Assembly: GCA_951406725.2 (NCBI GenBank)
Contig: OX597816.1
Coordinates: forward strand, 97,588,001-97,652,000
Reading direction: 5' to 3'
Length of the DNA stretch: 64,000 nucleotides
Source: Octopus vulgaris
Lineage: Eukaryota
In this document: positions 36,911 to 49,929 of the stretch, one piece after another
Layout of the letters: each line of letters opens with the position of its first letter
Position numbering within the stretch: position 1 is the first letter of the stretch
Translations under genes and position numbers: made by a program
The notes under the pieces: model-generated
What the model was told of the DNA's origin: nothing
Database searches by the model: none
What the model saw: only the letters and a program-made list of their open reading frames with translations

Positions 36911-39228
36911 TATATACATGTATGTATGTGTGCATGTAAACACACGCGCATTTATGTATATATATTATGTATGTATGCATATATATTTCTGTCTATATAC
37001 CTATCTCTCTTTTCCTGAATGTATATGTGTGTGTGCGTGTGTGTGTGTGTGTACGCGTGTGTCGTGTGTATAAATGAATGTACATACAAACAGAAAGGCC
37101 TGTGTCTATGTAATTTTGTTTGTTGTTTTCGTGCATGCATGTTTACATATTAGATTTATCTCTGTAAAAAATATTTACTTTAGCTTGCAAGCACGTAATA
37201 CGAAAAATGCTGACGCAGTGTACCGTCCTTTCATGTATGTGTGTGTATGTTTGTATATGAGTGCACGAACACAAATATGACACTTGGGAAAACGCACAAA
37301 CGCACATACATACACGTGAACACACAAACCCCCACACACAATCACTCACACATATACACACTCACAGATTGTTTACACATAGATATGTGCCCAATAAGCA
37401 TGCACACACAATGCATTATATATTTTGCCACTTATATTCATTATTCCAATTGAATGTAAATAGCAAAATTCTCTTCATTTCCGAAGAGAATTTGAAGAAT
37501 AAACAACACAATTCATTCACTAGTGCTCCCTGTAACATAACTATAATAAGCAAAACTGGTTTTATATTTATAATAGCAACTTTTTATCCAGACAAATCGT
37601 CATGGAAACACCAGAGGCAGAAGATTTTCGATGCGCAAAGCATTGAATAATTCTTGTTTTGCATCAACGCATATCTTGTACAGCACGGCAAAAAGATTTA
37701 CTATTTGAAAATGGACATTAATAATCTTTAGTAAGAATTGCAAATAGAAAATCTGGAATATAAATCAGTTGTGCTTTATAACCAGATGATATTGTTTCGC
37801 TATTCATGGTCCCATGGCTTTCTCTGTATACATGACACTATCTTCTGGGGCACTGCCTGGCATTATGGAGATGGTTTTTCTGTAGAATGTTATCATATAT
37901 TTGGACATGCATCGCTAGTCGCTATGATGTATTTCCTTGCTGCTCTTTGAGACATTACGTATTTTTCTATTGCTTATTCATATTTGGGTATTCGTAGTTT
38001 GCCGATTGTTAACACACACCAGCATACGAATATGAAACTACAAACACAGACCTAATAATGTATATACGACAACTCATTTATATATTCAATATATTCACAA
38101 ACAACCAGACATACCTACACATTTATACATACATGTGTGCATGTAAATAAATATATGTATATATATATGTGTGCACATACAGTCATACACACACAAACCC
38201 ACACACATATATATAGAACATATAAATGTATACCTGCGTGAGTGTGTGTGTATATCAATATATACGCTCATATGTAAGCAACTAAATATATATATATATA
38301 CACACAAACATACACAGACACCACATATATATGTGTGTGTATATATATGTGCAGATATATACATACACACATATCTAATGCATATATATATATATGTATA
38401 TATATATATGTGTGTGTGTGGGTACACATATGTATATATATACACACATATATGTGGGTATGTTTGTGAGTGTGTTTGTGTGTGAGCGTATGTATGTATT
38501 AACATATACAAGAATTTATGAATACAAAAATGAGTGTGTCGGAGTGTATTGCTCTGATTTTAGAAAGCAATTGAATACACATACATATCTCTGTATGTGT
38601 CATCTTGGAAACATTTTCCTCTGTATTCAAAAGCAAGTTTGCATAATCATTAATACATTCAGACACACAGACGCACAGGCAATGACACAAACACGCACAC
38701 ACACACATGTATGTATGTACATACGTACATCCATACCATCAAAAATACACATACGTAACTCCCACATTAAACAGGTTATTTTAAATATGCACATTTAGTA
38801 GACGCATATGCATATATTTATATTCATGTTGAACAATTTTATTTCCCCATTTTTGCCTGCCTTTGTGTCTGTAGCTATGTATGTATGTATGTTGTATGTA
38901 TGTATGTATGTATATATGTAAATAGGTAGGTATCTATCTATCTATCTATCTATCTGTACATAGTGCCTGCGAAGGCACTGTCATTATTATATTAGTATAT
39001 TAAAAATATATACTCTTCAAAAATATAAAGTAACTCGTCAATTCGCCACATATATTATGTGTCGTCTCACTTAACCACAATTTAAAACGTAAATTTGAAG
39101 AGTGCTGAAAGAATATAAAACTATTTGACTATGCAATATATAGATATATATACATATGTGTGTGTGTGTGTGCGTGTGTGTGTACATATATATAGGTAGG
39201 CGTATATGAAGACAAATGCATATATATA

Positions 39229-40039
39229 CATGGGTTGGAGAAAATAATGGAAACAGCTAGCATCATAGCATCATAATTTTAAAATATCTATAAAACCGTC
39301 AAAAACTTGTTTATTAATTTTTTATTCATTTATTTATGTTCCTTAACATGGTTTGCTAACATTGCTGTTTCTTTTCAGATATCATCAGAGAAAGTTAATT
39401 AAAATTCATTAAAATGACAAATCTATCAAGCTTTCAAAGAAGTGAAATTGTTGGTGCTCGTATGACAAGACGCTAGCTTAGCGAAAACAGCCGAAATTTT
39501 GTTGACTCAAGAAGTATTTTCCCGAAAGTAATGACAGCCTTTGAGAAAAAGGGAAAAACCTCCTTGTCGAAACAAAACTCCAGAAGAATACCAAATCTTT
39601 CAGACAGGGACCGTCGGACTCTTACGCGAATTGTTAGAAAGGATCACAAAAGTACAGTCCCCAAAATTACTGCAGAGCTTAATGACCACCTCGAGAAAAC
39701 AGTTTCCAGAAAAACTGTTGCCGAGAGCTGCACAAAGTTGGATTTCACGGGTGGGCTGCTTTCAGAAAAGTACTAATTTAAAAAAAAACGTTGCAAAGCA
39801 TTTAGATTGGAGTAAATTCCTACTGAATTGGTCCCTAGAGCAGTGGAAGAATCTTATTTTCTCGGATGAGTCATACTTTACCTAATTTCCGACCACCAGC
39901 CGAGTATACGTGTGGAGACAGCCAAAAAAAGCATTTAAGCAAGACTGCCTTCTACCAACTGTTAAATATGGTCCTACCCCACAAAAAAATAAAGTTGATT
40001 GCAATTTTAAGGTGTTTCCATTATTTTGTCCAACCCCTG
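39229..40039 (+). mobile_element. Tc1 transposon, internally deleted, with both TIRs and TA target duplication
   Basis: 27-bp TIRs catgggttggagaaaataatggaaaca / tgtttccattattttgtccaacccctg. Transposase fragments LSDRDRRTLTRIVRK..ITAELN, WSLEQWKNLIFSDES and VWRQPK..LPTVKYG; the C-terminal DDE half is missing. Confidence 0.95.
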
Positions 40040-40054
40040 TATATCTGTGTATAT

Positions 40055-41788
40055 ATGCGTCAGTCTTCTACATACTGCCGCTGCCCTGCCAAGTTTGCAG
40101 CTTACATCTGTCTCTACATAGCCGTTGCTTCTCACTATGCTTTCTAGATATGTGAAGCTTGTGACTTCTTCAACTGCTTCTTTTCCAACTGTCGTTGTTA
40201 CACTGTCCACTTGTTTCTACTTGTTTCCTAACTTTCATTATCTTCATAATTTGATCGCTAACTCTCAACCCAGTCATTGCCGCTTTCCTTTTCATTTTTG
40301 ATATCATTTATTTTAATGTTAGGCGATTCTCAACCAACAGAGCAATGTCATCGGCTAAATCCAAGTCTGTAAGCTGGCCCCTCACCATCCATGTTATGCC
40401 TACAACTCTTTCCAACATTGATCTTCGCATAATCAGATCGATGACCCTCAGAAAAAACATGGGACAATTTCGTCTTACTCCAGTGACGATCTTAAGAAAA
40501 ATGCACGCAGTCAAAACTCGTTTTTGAATTCAATGAACTTTATCATTAGTGGTATTTCGTGTTGCATGCATTGTTCTCCGATGCTGTGCAGTGTGGATAA
40601 TTGCTTGCAGCACGATCTGCTGGGTCGAAATCGGGCTTGTAGTTCTCTCAGCTTCACATCTAGTGCAAACTTCAAGCGGAACAGCAACACTGAACACAGT
40701 ATTTTACCTGGCGTTGACAATAGTGTTTTTGTCTTTCAGTCTTGACAGTTGATCAAATCTTCTTTCCTTCGTAGTTTAATAAGGACTCCTTTGGTCCAAT
40801 CTTCAGGTACCCTTTTTTCACCCAGCATGCATTACATAACTGTGTCAACTTTTCGACCATGATCTCTTCACCTGCTTTCATTAATTCGGCTGAAATGTTG
40901 TCCAGTCCTGGTGCTTTATTGTTTTTTAGTCTCTTCAATGCTCCTCTCACTTCATCGTCCCTTATCGGTTTCCTTTTTCCTTCCGAATGTTCTATTTGTT
41001 GGTCCTTTAAATTCAATTCTACTATTGGTGCTGGTTGATTTAGGTTTTCTTTAAAGCGTTTCATCGATCTCGCTATTTGTTGTTCTTCACTTAGCAGAGT
41101 CTTCTGGATCTTTTCGGTTTGAACGGCAGTTTTTAACATCATTTCTAGGTAACTAAAAAATTTTAAACTTCGTATATTGGTAGAATGTGTTTATAAAACA
41201 TCTTTTTCTCTTGGCTTTATTGAGAAAATTCTATAGTTTGTAAGATATTTGGTCTTTAATTTCTTCAATTTCTGCAATTTCAAACAATCACTGGCGTCTA
41301 TTGAGATAAAAAGCATTCTGTGCCGTATGAATATGACCCTCGTTTAAGAAACAGATTGGGTTTATTTACATTTGTGAAGAAAAAAAAGATACCCTTCCCC
41401 CACCCCTAACCCTAACCCTAGCCCTAACTAAGCCTAACTAACCCTAAATCTAAAATAGATTGAAATGCAATAGATCGATTCTAGGGTCATAATTATGGGT
41501 GACAATTTCATATGACACCGCTAGAAAAAACCCCCAAAAAGATCTAGTCTTCTCATTCTTATTCTTCAGTGGCAGACTGCCCCATCCTCTTGATCCCATT
41601 AAATCTCTCACGATTCTCTACAGGGAATATGTTTGCTGCCTTCTGAGCTTCCGTAATCCTTTCTTCCGTCCATTTCCTTCTGTCTTTCCTGCCTCCTCTC
41701 TTCACTTGCCTACAACTCGATATTGCTCTTCTGCTGCTTTTTTTTTTGTTTTCGTTTGGTCCCTTTCTCTTTTGTTTACCTTCCTGCT
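40055..41788 (-). mobile_element. RTE-clade LINE, inverted 5' segment (linker plus RT), interrupted by a MITE
   Basis: LKNNKAPGLDNISAELMK, PGKILCSVLL, FRPSRSC, DLDLADDIALL and EEVTSFTYLES..DVSCKLGRAAA. Confidence 0.88.
41106..41545. mobile_element. Merlin-like MITE with 8-bp TSD and internal telomeric repeats
   Basis: TSD agtcttct at 41098-41105 and 41546-41553. Termini ggatcttttcggttt / aaacccccaaaaagatct. Removing it restores the RTE frame LKNKNEKTLLSEEQQ. (CCCTAA)n at about 41404-41447. Confidence 0.8.
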
Positions 41789-42304
41789 GTGAATCAACTG
41801 CCAAATATCTGGCATGTTTCGTGTAGCAATGATATAAGTATATAGCTGAAGATTCGTCTGTACAAAACAGCAATACCGACAATAGTGATCTGTGCAGCTG
41901 AGACCTGGAACGTGAAAAAGAAAAATGCCCGCCAACTCGACGTATTTTATCAGTAGTGCCTCAGAAGGATCCTGAGAAGCACTTATCGAGTGACACATGA
42001 ATCCGTTCTCCGAGCAGCAACAGTAAGTCCCCTGCCTGCAATTGTAACCGAATGACGAATGAGAATGGTTGGGTACATACTAAAGCTGCCAGAGGAGAGG
42101 ATTTCCAAAACTGTTGTGGGTTGGATGCTGCTAGAAGGTAAAGGCCGACCAAGCAAGACACGTCGTTGTACTTTCAAAGAAGACCTATGCAGACTAAATA
42201 TTACCTGGAAAGAACCAGAGAGATTGGCCAGGAACGGAGATAATTGGCATTGACTGACTGCTTGGGGTGCCACTCAAATGCCTCAACAGGCCCAAGAAAA
42301 AAAA
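41789..42304 (+). mobile_element. RTE-clade LINE, 3' segment
   Basis: LPNIW..LKIRLYKTAIPTIVICAAETW..LDVFYQ.CLRRIL..GYILKLPEERISK..GRPSKT, followed by a short A-rich tail. Confidence 0.85.
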
Positions 42305-45150
42305 GTATATCTCTGTGTGCATGCGCGCGTGTGTAGACAAGATTAATTCTGTTGAGAAAATATATAAGAAAAGCCAAGTTACCTCAAGAAATTCTTAGTG
42401 GAAAGTTTTAACTGTTGCTTGGGTGGGCCATGAAATTTTTGAAAATGTTTGTGGGGAATTTTTATTTTAGAATGTAGTATAAAACTTACGAAACCTGAGT
42501 TTTATTTGACGTTAAGATTAATAATTGTTGTTTTCTGTGTCACAGTATATTATTGTGTACGACGTCATATCCGTTAGGGAGCAACTTCTAGACTTCCACT
42601 CATTGAGTACTATCGGTATTTCGTCACTGGAAACCGGTTGCGTGGGCAGGTAAGTCTTAGCATTCGTCATAGCTAGTGGGTCTTATTTTGCTTTCGCGCT
42701 GAGTATTTTCGCAGGGTTTGCTTCTTTTAATCATGATTTTCTATTTTAAACAAGTTTTCTACTTTGTGAGGAAGCAATATGTTGATATATTTTTCTATAA
42801 TGTATACATATACAGAGAGAGAGAGAGAGGAGTTAGTTTTTATGTTTTAATCATAGCAATGTCCGGTTTGTTTATTTTCTTTAAGTACTTTATATGTTTA
42901 GCGGTTTTAGGAATGTATATTATTTGTTTTTGGTTAAATGAATTACCTTGTGGAACTGGGGTATGTTATTGCTTTGGTTATTAGCTTTCTTTATTTTATA
43001 GTTTTATGTGTCTATATTTTCTTTCAATTTATAAGTTTAATAAATTCTGTTTACTATGCTTACTATGTCTTTATGTTGTGAGGTTTTTATGTTCCATAGT
43101 TCTTTAGGTAGCAATGTCTGTTCTGATTAATATTCTTTATTTTATATACTTCAGTTGATTTCTGTGTATAGTAGCTGGAGTTATGTGAACGTATATTTTG
43201 GAGATTTGGTGTTCGTACTTGTGCTTTGTAACTATATGATACAGACAAGAACATAATGATTTGACGCTGGACACTTGTATTTTGTACTCTTTTCCTAAGT
43301 AGCGTTTATATACTGGAGTGGAAACCGTAATCAATAACCGTTAGGCAGCTGAAGATGGGTTGTCTACATTTGCTATATTTGTTTATTTGTATAATTTTAA
43401 CGTTGTGAATCTTGTATTTTATATATTTCGGAGTTGCCGTCTATTGAGAGGTTAATTTCGATGATGGCCAAAACCTTTTCGGGAATTTATAGTTCATAAT
43501 GTTTTTCTAGTATGTCCCTATCGATTCTACTTATCTATCAATCTGTTGATTTTCAGGCATATGCATATAGGGTTTCTGGCAATTCCTTTCAAAGAAAAAA
43601 AAATTGATTACAGCATATAAGTAGACATGTATATAATACAGAAGACATATTCCGAAGATCTCATGAAATAGAACTGAAGCCAAACCCACAGGCACACATT
43701 TTATATATATATATTTATATATATATATTTAAACATCAATTCATTCACTTCTGTACACACACGCATGTGTGTATGTAAATGCATATAGGTGTTCGTGTGT
43801 GTGCGCATGTGTGTGTGTGTGTGCGTTTGTGTCTGTATCTTTATCTGTGTGTCTGTGTGTTTGTACATTTACTTATAAGATATAAAAATTATTGACACAA
43901 AGAAATTTACGATTTATAACGTTATAAATATAACTTACTCCCAATCTCTTAGATAATACGCTATTATGTTAGATATAGCTATTGTTTCTAACATGACAGA
44001 TGACCATGTGGAAAGCTAGAGCAAATATCAAAGTTTCTTTCCCATACTGGCATGCCATAAAACTGAATTTAATCTATTTTTGGCTTTGCTTTTTTTCAGA
44101 CTTGGGTAGCTTATTCACAGAAAATGAAACACTTTTTTAATGACAATAAAACATGAATACAGGGAATTTTAGACAAATAAAATCTTTAATGCTATAGTAA
44201 AACAGTAAACGAAGGAACACTTCAATAGAATATACAGCGAGTGGAAAATTTCACTTTTATATATCATAGATTACTTTCCAATAAGATGCAATGTACAAAC
44301 TTATCAGTGATATACACGCTGTATTTTATTGAAAAGCTAGCCATGATAGTCCGGTGCCTTCTGCACGGGGTCAAACAATCTATCATAATCAAAACACTAG
44401 AAAATTTCTGATAGAAGTCATTGATCTAGGAGTATTTGTAATTCATGTAAATATTTAATAATTTCTCAATATTATTAACACAAGGGATACAAACTTATTA
44501 AATTGTTCTATAAGAGATAATATTTTTCATGGTTTTATAGTTATTCTCTGCTTTAAACAGGGTTGTAATACATTCATGTTTCTATCCTATCTCCACATTC
44601 TGTTATTATTCGGCTTTATAGATTTGAAACACGGAATATTAGGCATATTGCCCAAACTCACATCTGCGTCCTTGTCGAATTTTGAACGGTTGACTGCCAT
44701 ATGACAAAATTTCATTAAACGTATTAAAAGCACTGATCGACGATTCATTGAAGCAAAAGAAAAAAGAAAACAACGTATAATATTGATTGAAATTAAACAT
44801 CACCATACGAGAGACACAAAACAATACAAAAGTGTGAAATTTGCCAGACATTCTATTTAGACACGAAAACAAATATATAGCATTTCTTTGTTCTTTGACA
44901 GATCTTAGCACTGTGCCAGATTCGTGAAAACATTTATGCTGAGAAATCTTGAAAATGAAAATCTCTATATTTCATTTTGCGCATATTATTGACAATTGCA
45001 ATCTGTTCTACTTTGTCTATCCTCTCGCGTTTGAGGTATATTGTTATAACAACTTTAAATAGTTGAATCATTTAAAGAATGAAAGCTGCGATAATCATTA
45101 TTTTATACGTACATAGATGTCCAGAGACGTGCATTGTATTTATGTATACG

Positions 45151-45202
<52 letters not shown>

Positions 45203-45299
45203 CGTGCGTGTTCGCGTGTGTGTATGTGTAAATATATATGCATGTATATATGTATGTATACACACGCATATGTATGTATACATAGCTGCCTTCTTGTAT

Positions 45300-45690
45300 A
45301 CGAGCAAAGCTATTGCTAGAAGGAACCATGGAAATGAGTTAATGTTGATGCAATATGAGGACCTTGTATGACTCTTGAGGTCGGCGAAAGTTTTGCATAT
45401 TCTATGACATAATGCACAACAGTGTCTTCCGACTGGCAGAGGAAACAGGTGCCACAGTATGAACACCTTTGACATGCTCTTGCAATCCTTTCTACACATT
45501 TCCACATGTTGCACACGTTCTGTTGTGAATAACAGCCATTTCACAAATTACCATGAATCGATTCCTGTGAGTTCTCTGATGGCTGACCATGCCCGCACGA
45601 CTCAAGCACCTCCTCACACAAACCACTCACACAATAAATAACACCCTCTCATTCTCCACACGTTCATTCGCCTAATCTCAGGGAGAGAGA
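45300..45690 (-). mobile_element. RTE 3' end with C2H2 finger joined to a short non-coding 5' part
   Basis: FTTERVQHVEMCRK...CALCHRICKTFADLKSHTR resembles the RTE C-terminal CxxC..GL.SH.R motif. Confidence 0.6.
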
Positions 45691-45887
45691 AAAAGATAGA
45701 GGCAGATATAGCTATGTAGACAGATACACACACAGATACATATACATTTAGTGTAGTATATAAACACTAATAACTCAACAAAGAAAGAAGAAATTGGTAC
45801 GAATGTGGTACAAGTTTGTAGCTTAAAAATTAAGAATTTCATATACGTGGGAAATATATGTGTATGTTTGTGCGTGTGTATGTGAAG

Positions 45888-46164
45888 TGGTAAATACGAA
45901 GGTTATGGTCAATGAGGAGAGTAGACGTGATACCAATAGTAATTGTTGCACCTAGAACTATCAGCACCCAACTACCAGCATGACTCAAAAGGTTTAGTAC
46001 AAATGTAAAGATAGAACACCTACAAAATTCAGCATTGCTTGGAACTGCAAGAATTCTTCGCGTGGTTCTTGAAACATGACCAGCAAACAAGTGTCACTTT
46101 AGTCTGCTGGCTGGTGGACAGCTGACACTTTCCATCGCACCCAGCAAAATAGCTGAGATTTCAT

Positions 46165-46165
<1 letters not shown>
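45888..46165 (+). mobile_element. 3' fragment of a Dong-like LINE followed by (CTA)n
   Basis: IRRLWSMRRVDVIPIVI..HLQNSALLGTARILRVVLET* followed by a 3' UTR. Confidence 0.85.
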
Positions 46166-46262
<97 letters not shown>

Positions 46263-46321
46263 ACTACTGCTACTGCCCTGCTGCTGCTGAGGATGATGAT
46301 GATGACGACGACGACGATGAT
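46166..46321. repeat. Compound (CTA)n-(CTG)n-(GAT)n-(GAC)n microsatellite
   Basis: Directly visible in the sequence. Confidence 0.96.
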
Positions 46322-46881
46322 AAAGCACTTAGCACATAACCGAAAATACTACATAAAATTCTGATAGAAATTCGAACTTAAAATCGCATTGCTGATCTGC
46401 AGAAAAGTACCATCTTATAGTTTGAAGAATCCTGAAAAATATTCTTGAGATATGAGGAAACTTGTTACCAAACATCAAGATAAAAAATACTAGCAAACTA
46501 AATTAAGATGCACGAATATAATGATTATACAAATAGGGTAAATAACAGTAATAATAATATTACAAGAAGAATATTAATAAGACTAGAAATGGTAGTAAAA
46601 ATAGCAATAGTGATGAAGATAATGGCGGCTCGTGTTGGTTAGGAAGAAACAAATTAACACTCATACAGAAACCCTCGGATCATGATTTGTTACTGATGGT
46701 AGTTGTATGCGTTTCATTTGATTAGAGCCTGAAATAGGGGAATGAAAATGTCTAAGGACACTCATCAAAGCATATGTCAGTAACTCTCGATCAAAAATGT
46801 GGGATGAAAAGGGGAAAATATCACTCATAGTCCAATGTAAAAAGTAGGCTAATAGAATTAAATGCAATGAAAAATTAAAAT

Positions 46882-46918
46882 GCGCAGGAGTGGCTGTGTG
46901 GTAAGTAGCTTGCTAACC
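46882..46918 (+). mobile_element. 5' head (A-box part) of a family A SINE, interrupted by Tx1
   Basis: gcgcaggagtggctgtgtggtaagtagcttgctaacc is identical to the head of the 3211-3626 copy. Confidence 0.9.
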
Positions 46919-49800
46919 TCACTGACTGAAGAGTGACTTTGCTTACCTTACTACGGTTTGGACGCGTTTTCTTCCCGGTAAGAGTTTTGCTGTGTTGTTA
47001 ACATTACTTCGTACCATCTGGAACTTGTTGAATTTTACTACTGAAAATTTGATTTTGAACGTTGTTGAACTGTCTTGTTCCCCGGTTTTACCGGGGAATA
47101 ATTGGATAATTTGTTACTGCTGAACTGTTAGCCATTGTGGCTTTTTTATCTACGTGACTGTATACAGTCTTGCCAGACTTTCCTCGTGCCCTTCCCCCGA
47201 ATGGGGGTGGGAATTAAACCTAATTTTTGAGCTGCTTTTTACCACTCATTGAAATGCTTGGAAGAAAACCTTTTTTAGGTTTCCCAGTTTTGTGGGAAAC
47301 CAATATTTGTATTTTTGTGTTGTCTATTACTAATTTCAACAGAATAATGTCTGTTGAGATTATTCATGAAAATAGTGCTCTAGAGGAGAGCAATGTTGAT
47401 AACTGTAGTAAAACATTTTCGGCGGTAGCCGCAGTGGCAACCGAGAACATTGACATCAATGTCAATCAGCTCGTCGAGCTTTTTAAAAGAATGAAAGAGG
47501 AGGGTGGTGATATTAAAATATCACCCTCCGCCAGTATCGTGGAAACCGAGAAGCGGACCGTAGTGTTTAAAACCTTCTGTCCACAAGGCAGACACTTTGA
47601 AAAAGTACTATCGAGAAATGCCTGTCCCCGATTTGGAAGGACATTGTGTACGTCGCCAAGGGACGGGCATATGGCACTGTGGAGGTCCGCTTCTCGGGGG
47701 AAGAGGTGGCTCCCGGGCATTCTGTGAATCCCCTAAAAATCAAGGAGGTGGTACTTCTGCCAACCTATAGGGGACGCAGGACGTCCCGGGTCAGGATTGC
47801 AGAAGCACCGCCGGAAGTAGATCCCGTAGAGGTAGTGGCCGCCCTGTTATATAAAAGGACGGACAAAATTAAAATATTACAGGTAACATGCTCTGCCCCT
47901 CAATATTGGCTTGGGCGAGACATTAATGTAATAATTCAAGAAACACAGGAGGACCTGCAGGTCCTTCCTGAGAGGGTGCTCGTGGGTGAGAATGTGGCCC
48001 TCAGGGTACAGGTCGAAGGCCGAAAACCCACCTGTTACGCCTGCGGCAAAAAGGGCCACATTCGTGTAGACTGTCCAGACAAGCAAAAGAAACTGCAGAC
48101 ACCAGGCCCCTCAGATAATAAAAAAATCCCTACCCTTGCAAACTCACCTAACTCTACAAAAACAAAAAGTCCCACTCCTGCTGTTACGGTGCCAACCCCA
48201 AAACAATCTGACAAAAAAACCCAGCCCTTGCACTCACAAACCCCTACATTATTAAAACCTCCCACCCACTTAACAACTGCGGCGCTTTCTGAACAAAATA
48301 TTGCTACCCCAAACGATACCATGGAGGTATCAGAGGGGGGATTTACAACAGTTCGTAAAAGAATTCGTGCATCATCCCCGTCCACATCCCCTACAAAAAA
48401 TAATAAAAACAAAGACACACCACAGACACGAAAAAAATCCCGCCCAACTGGCCCAGAAAAAGAAGACAAAAAAATGAACGCATATTAATTGAATATGATA
48501 TACAAAACAAATATATAAACGATATTGTGGTTCCGCATCAAACAGCAAGACTGTACAACAAACACAAAGATCGAAACGAAAGATATGCGTGGATTGCGGA
48601 AACAACGTTCAAACAATTAAAAGACAGACACCCAAAGGCCATCCGGCGTATCGGGAACTTGCTGGATTATCTGAAGAAGGAGGAGAAAGAAGGGGCCCAC
48701 AAATATGTGGTGAGGTCGGCCCCAACCTCTCCAACGAAATGTAAGTAGAACTTTTACTTTTTGTAATGGCTTCTCTTAACCTTGGTTGTTTAAATGTGCG
48801 TGGTCTGAGTTCGAAGTGGAAGCAGGCTTGTTTCCTCGACGACCTCAGATCACATGATATACATGTGATGGTTGCTACAGAGACCAAGCTGGACAGCCTA
48901 CAAACCTTCTCGCCTCTCCTGAATGGCTACGAGAAAATCATGTCTCCTGGCCAGACCGGAGGGCGAGGGGGTGTAGTGGTACTGATCCGTAAAGAATTGG
49001 CTCTGCAGACAAGTACAGTCTATGTGGACCCAGAAGGTGGGCTGGTCGTCCTTGATGTGACATACAGCAGTAAGGCCTTCAGGTTGATCGGACTATATGC
49101 ACCTTGTGCTAGAGGTTTCCAAACTGATATTTATCGGCGCCTAGAGGGCTTTCTCGTGACGTCGAAGACTTTAGTGGTATTAGGGGACTTTAATGCTATC
49201 GTTGACGTACACATCGATAACGTTGGCTCGATCTATAGGAAAGTGAACTCACGTCTCGTGGATCTGCTTAAGCGGTTTCAGCTGGCGGATCGTTACAGAC
49301 TTGACCATCCGAACATCCCAGAGTGGACCTGGATGAGTGGCGACAGAAGGTTCAAGTCTTATCTAGACAGGATAGTGATAAGAACTAGAGATAAGTCTAG
49401 TTTTAGTTGTCCACAGCTCGTCCAGGTGCCCTATACTGATCACAGAATGGTCAAGTGTAGACTGGACATAAGTAGCACACTTAAGATAGGAACCGGTTAC
49501 TGGAAGCTGAACAAGTCTATTTTGACTCGCGAGGCATACCGTAGCCGGATTAAGGAGTTAGTGCAGAGGGCGTTAACAAGAGCCGTGGTTAATAACCGGT
49601 GGTGGTTCGCCCTCAAAAGAGCCATTCGATTCGAGTCCATTAGATTTAATAAACAACTAAGACTAGATAGGGCTAGAATAGAAGGGCAACTAGTTAAGAA
49701 CTTAGAGGAGGCGTTGAGGTTGGGCTCTGCATCTCACATTTTAGCGGCGAGAACGGCATTAGACCGTCACCTCAAAACCAAACATGAGGGATGTAGAGTT
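46919..49800 (+). mobile_element. Tx1/L1-clade LINE: 5' UTR, ORF1 and APE; 3' part (RT) deleted
   Basis: About 430-bp 5' UTR starting tcactgac, a gag-like ORF1 with CCHC, and an ORF2 APE with the L1/Tx1-type GYWKLN motif. Ends abruptly at a palindrome. Confidence 0.9.
47347..48748 (+). pseudogene. Tx1 ORF1 (RRM-like plus zinc knuckle), frameshifted
   Basis: MSVEIIHEN.. shifts near 47640 into GTVEVRF..VEGRKPTCYACGKKGHIRVDCP, with a P/T-rich tail and GFTTVRKR. A second break near 48490. Confidence 0.8.
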
Positions 49801-49812
49801 GAATATGGCTAA
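48766..49812 (+). CDS. Tx1 ORF2 N-terminus: apurinic-like endonuclease (348 aa, truncated)
   Basis: LNVRGL, ATETK, GVVVL, GLYAP, LGDFNA, WTW, SYLDRI, TDHRMV and GYWKLNKSIL. Confidence 0.93.
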   Translation: MASLNLGCLNVRGLSSKWKQACFLDDLRSHDIHVMVATETKLDSLQTFSPLLNGYEKIMSPGQTGGRGGVVVLIRKELALQTSTVYVDPEGGLVVLDVTYSSKAFRLIGLYAPCARGFQTDIYRRLEGFLVTSKTLVVLGDFNAIVDVHIDNVGSIYRKVNSRLVDLLKRFQLADRYRLDHPNIPEWTWMSGDRRFKSYLDRIVIRTRDKSSFSCPQLVQVPYTDHRMVKCRLDISSTLKIGTGYWKLNKSILTREAYRSRIKELVQRALTRAVVNNRWWFALKRAIRFESIRFNKQLRLDRARIEGQLVKNLEEALRLGSASHILAARTALDRHLKTKHEGCRVEYG

Positions 49813-49879
49813 CCCAAAAGGGTTTACAAACTACAGTAGCATCCACCCTTTTGGGTTAGCCATATTCAAATGGCATATA
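49799..49879. repeat. Perfect 25-bp hairpin (49799-49823 / 49845-49869), same family as 31912-31980
   Basis: ttgaatatggctaacccaaaagggt / acccttttgggttagccatattcaa; the right arm continues atggcatata. Confidence 0.92.
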
Positions 49880-49929
49880 TGCATCACGTTGTGTTACCGC
49901 TACTGTTTATAACTCGCTCTGAGATTTAT

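Noticed and set aside
41404-41447. Telomeric repeats as evidence of a chromosome end or fusion
   Set aside because: The tract is short, degenerate and inside a TSD-flanked MITE.
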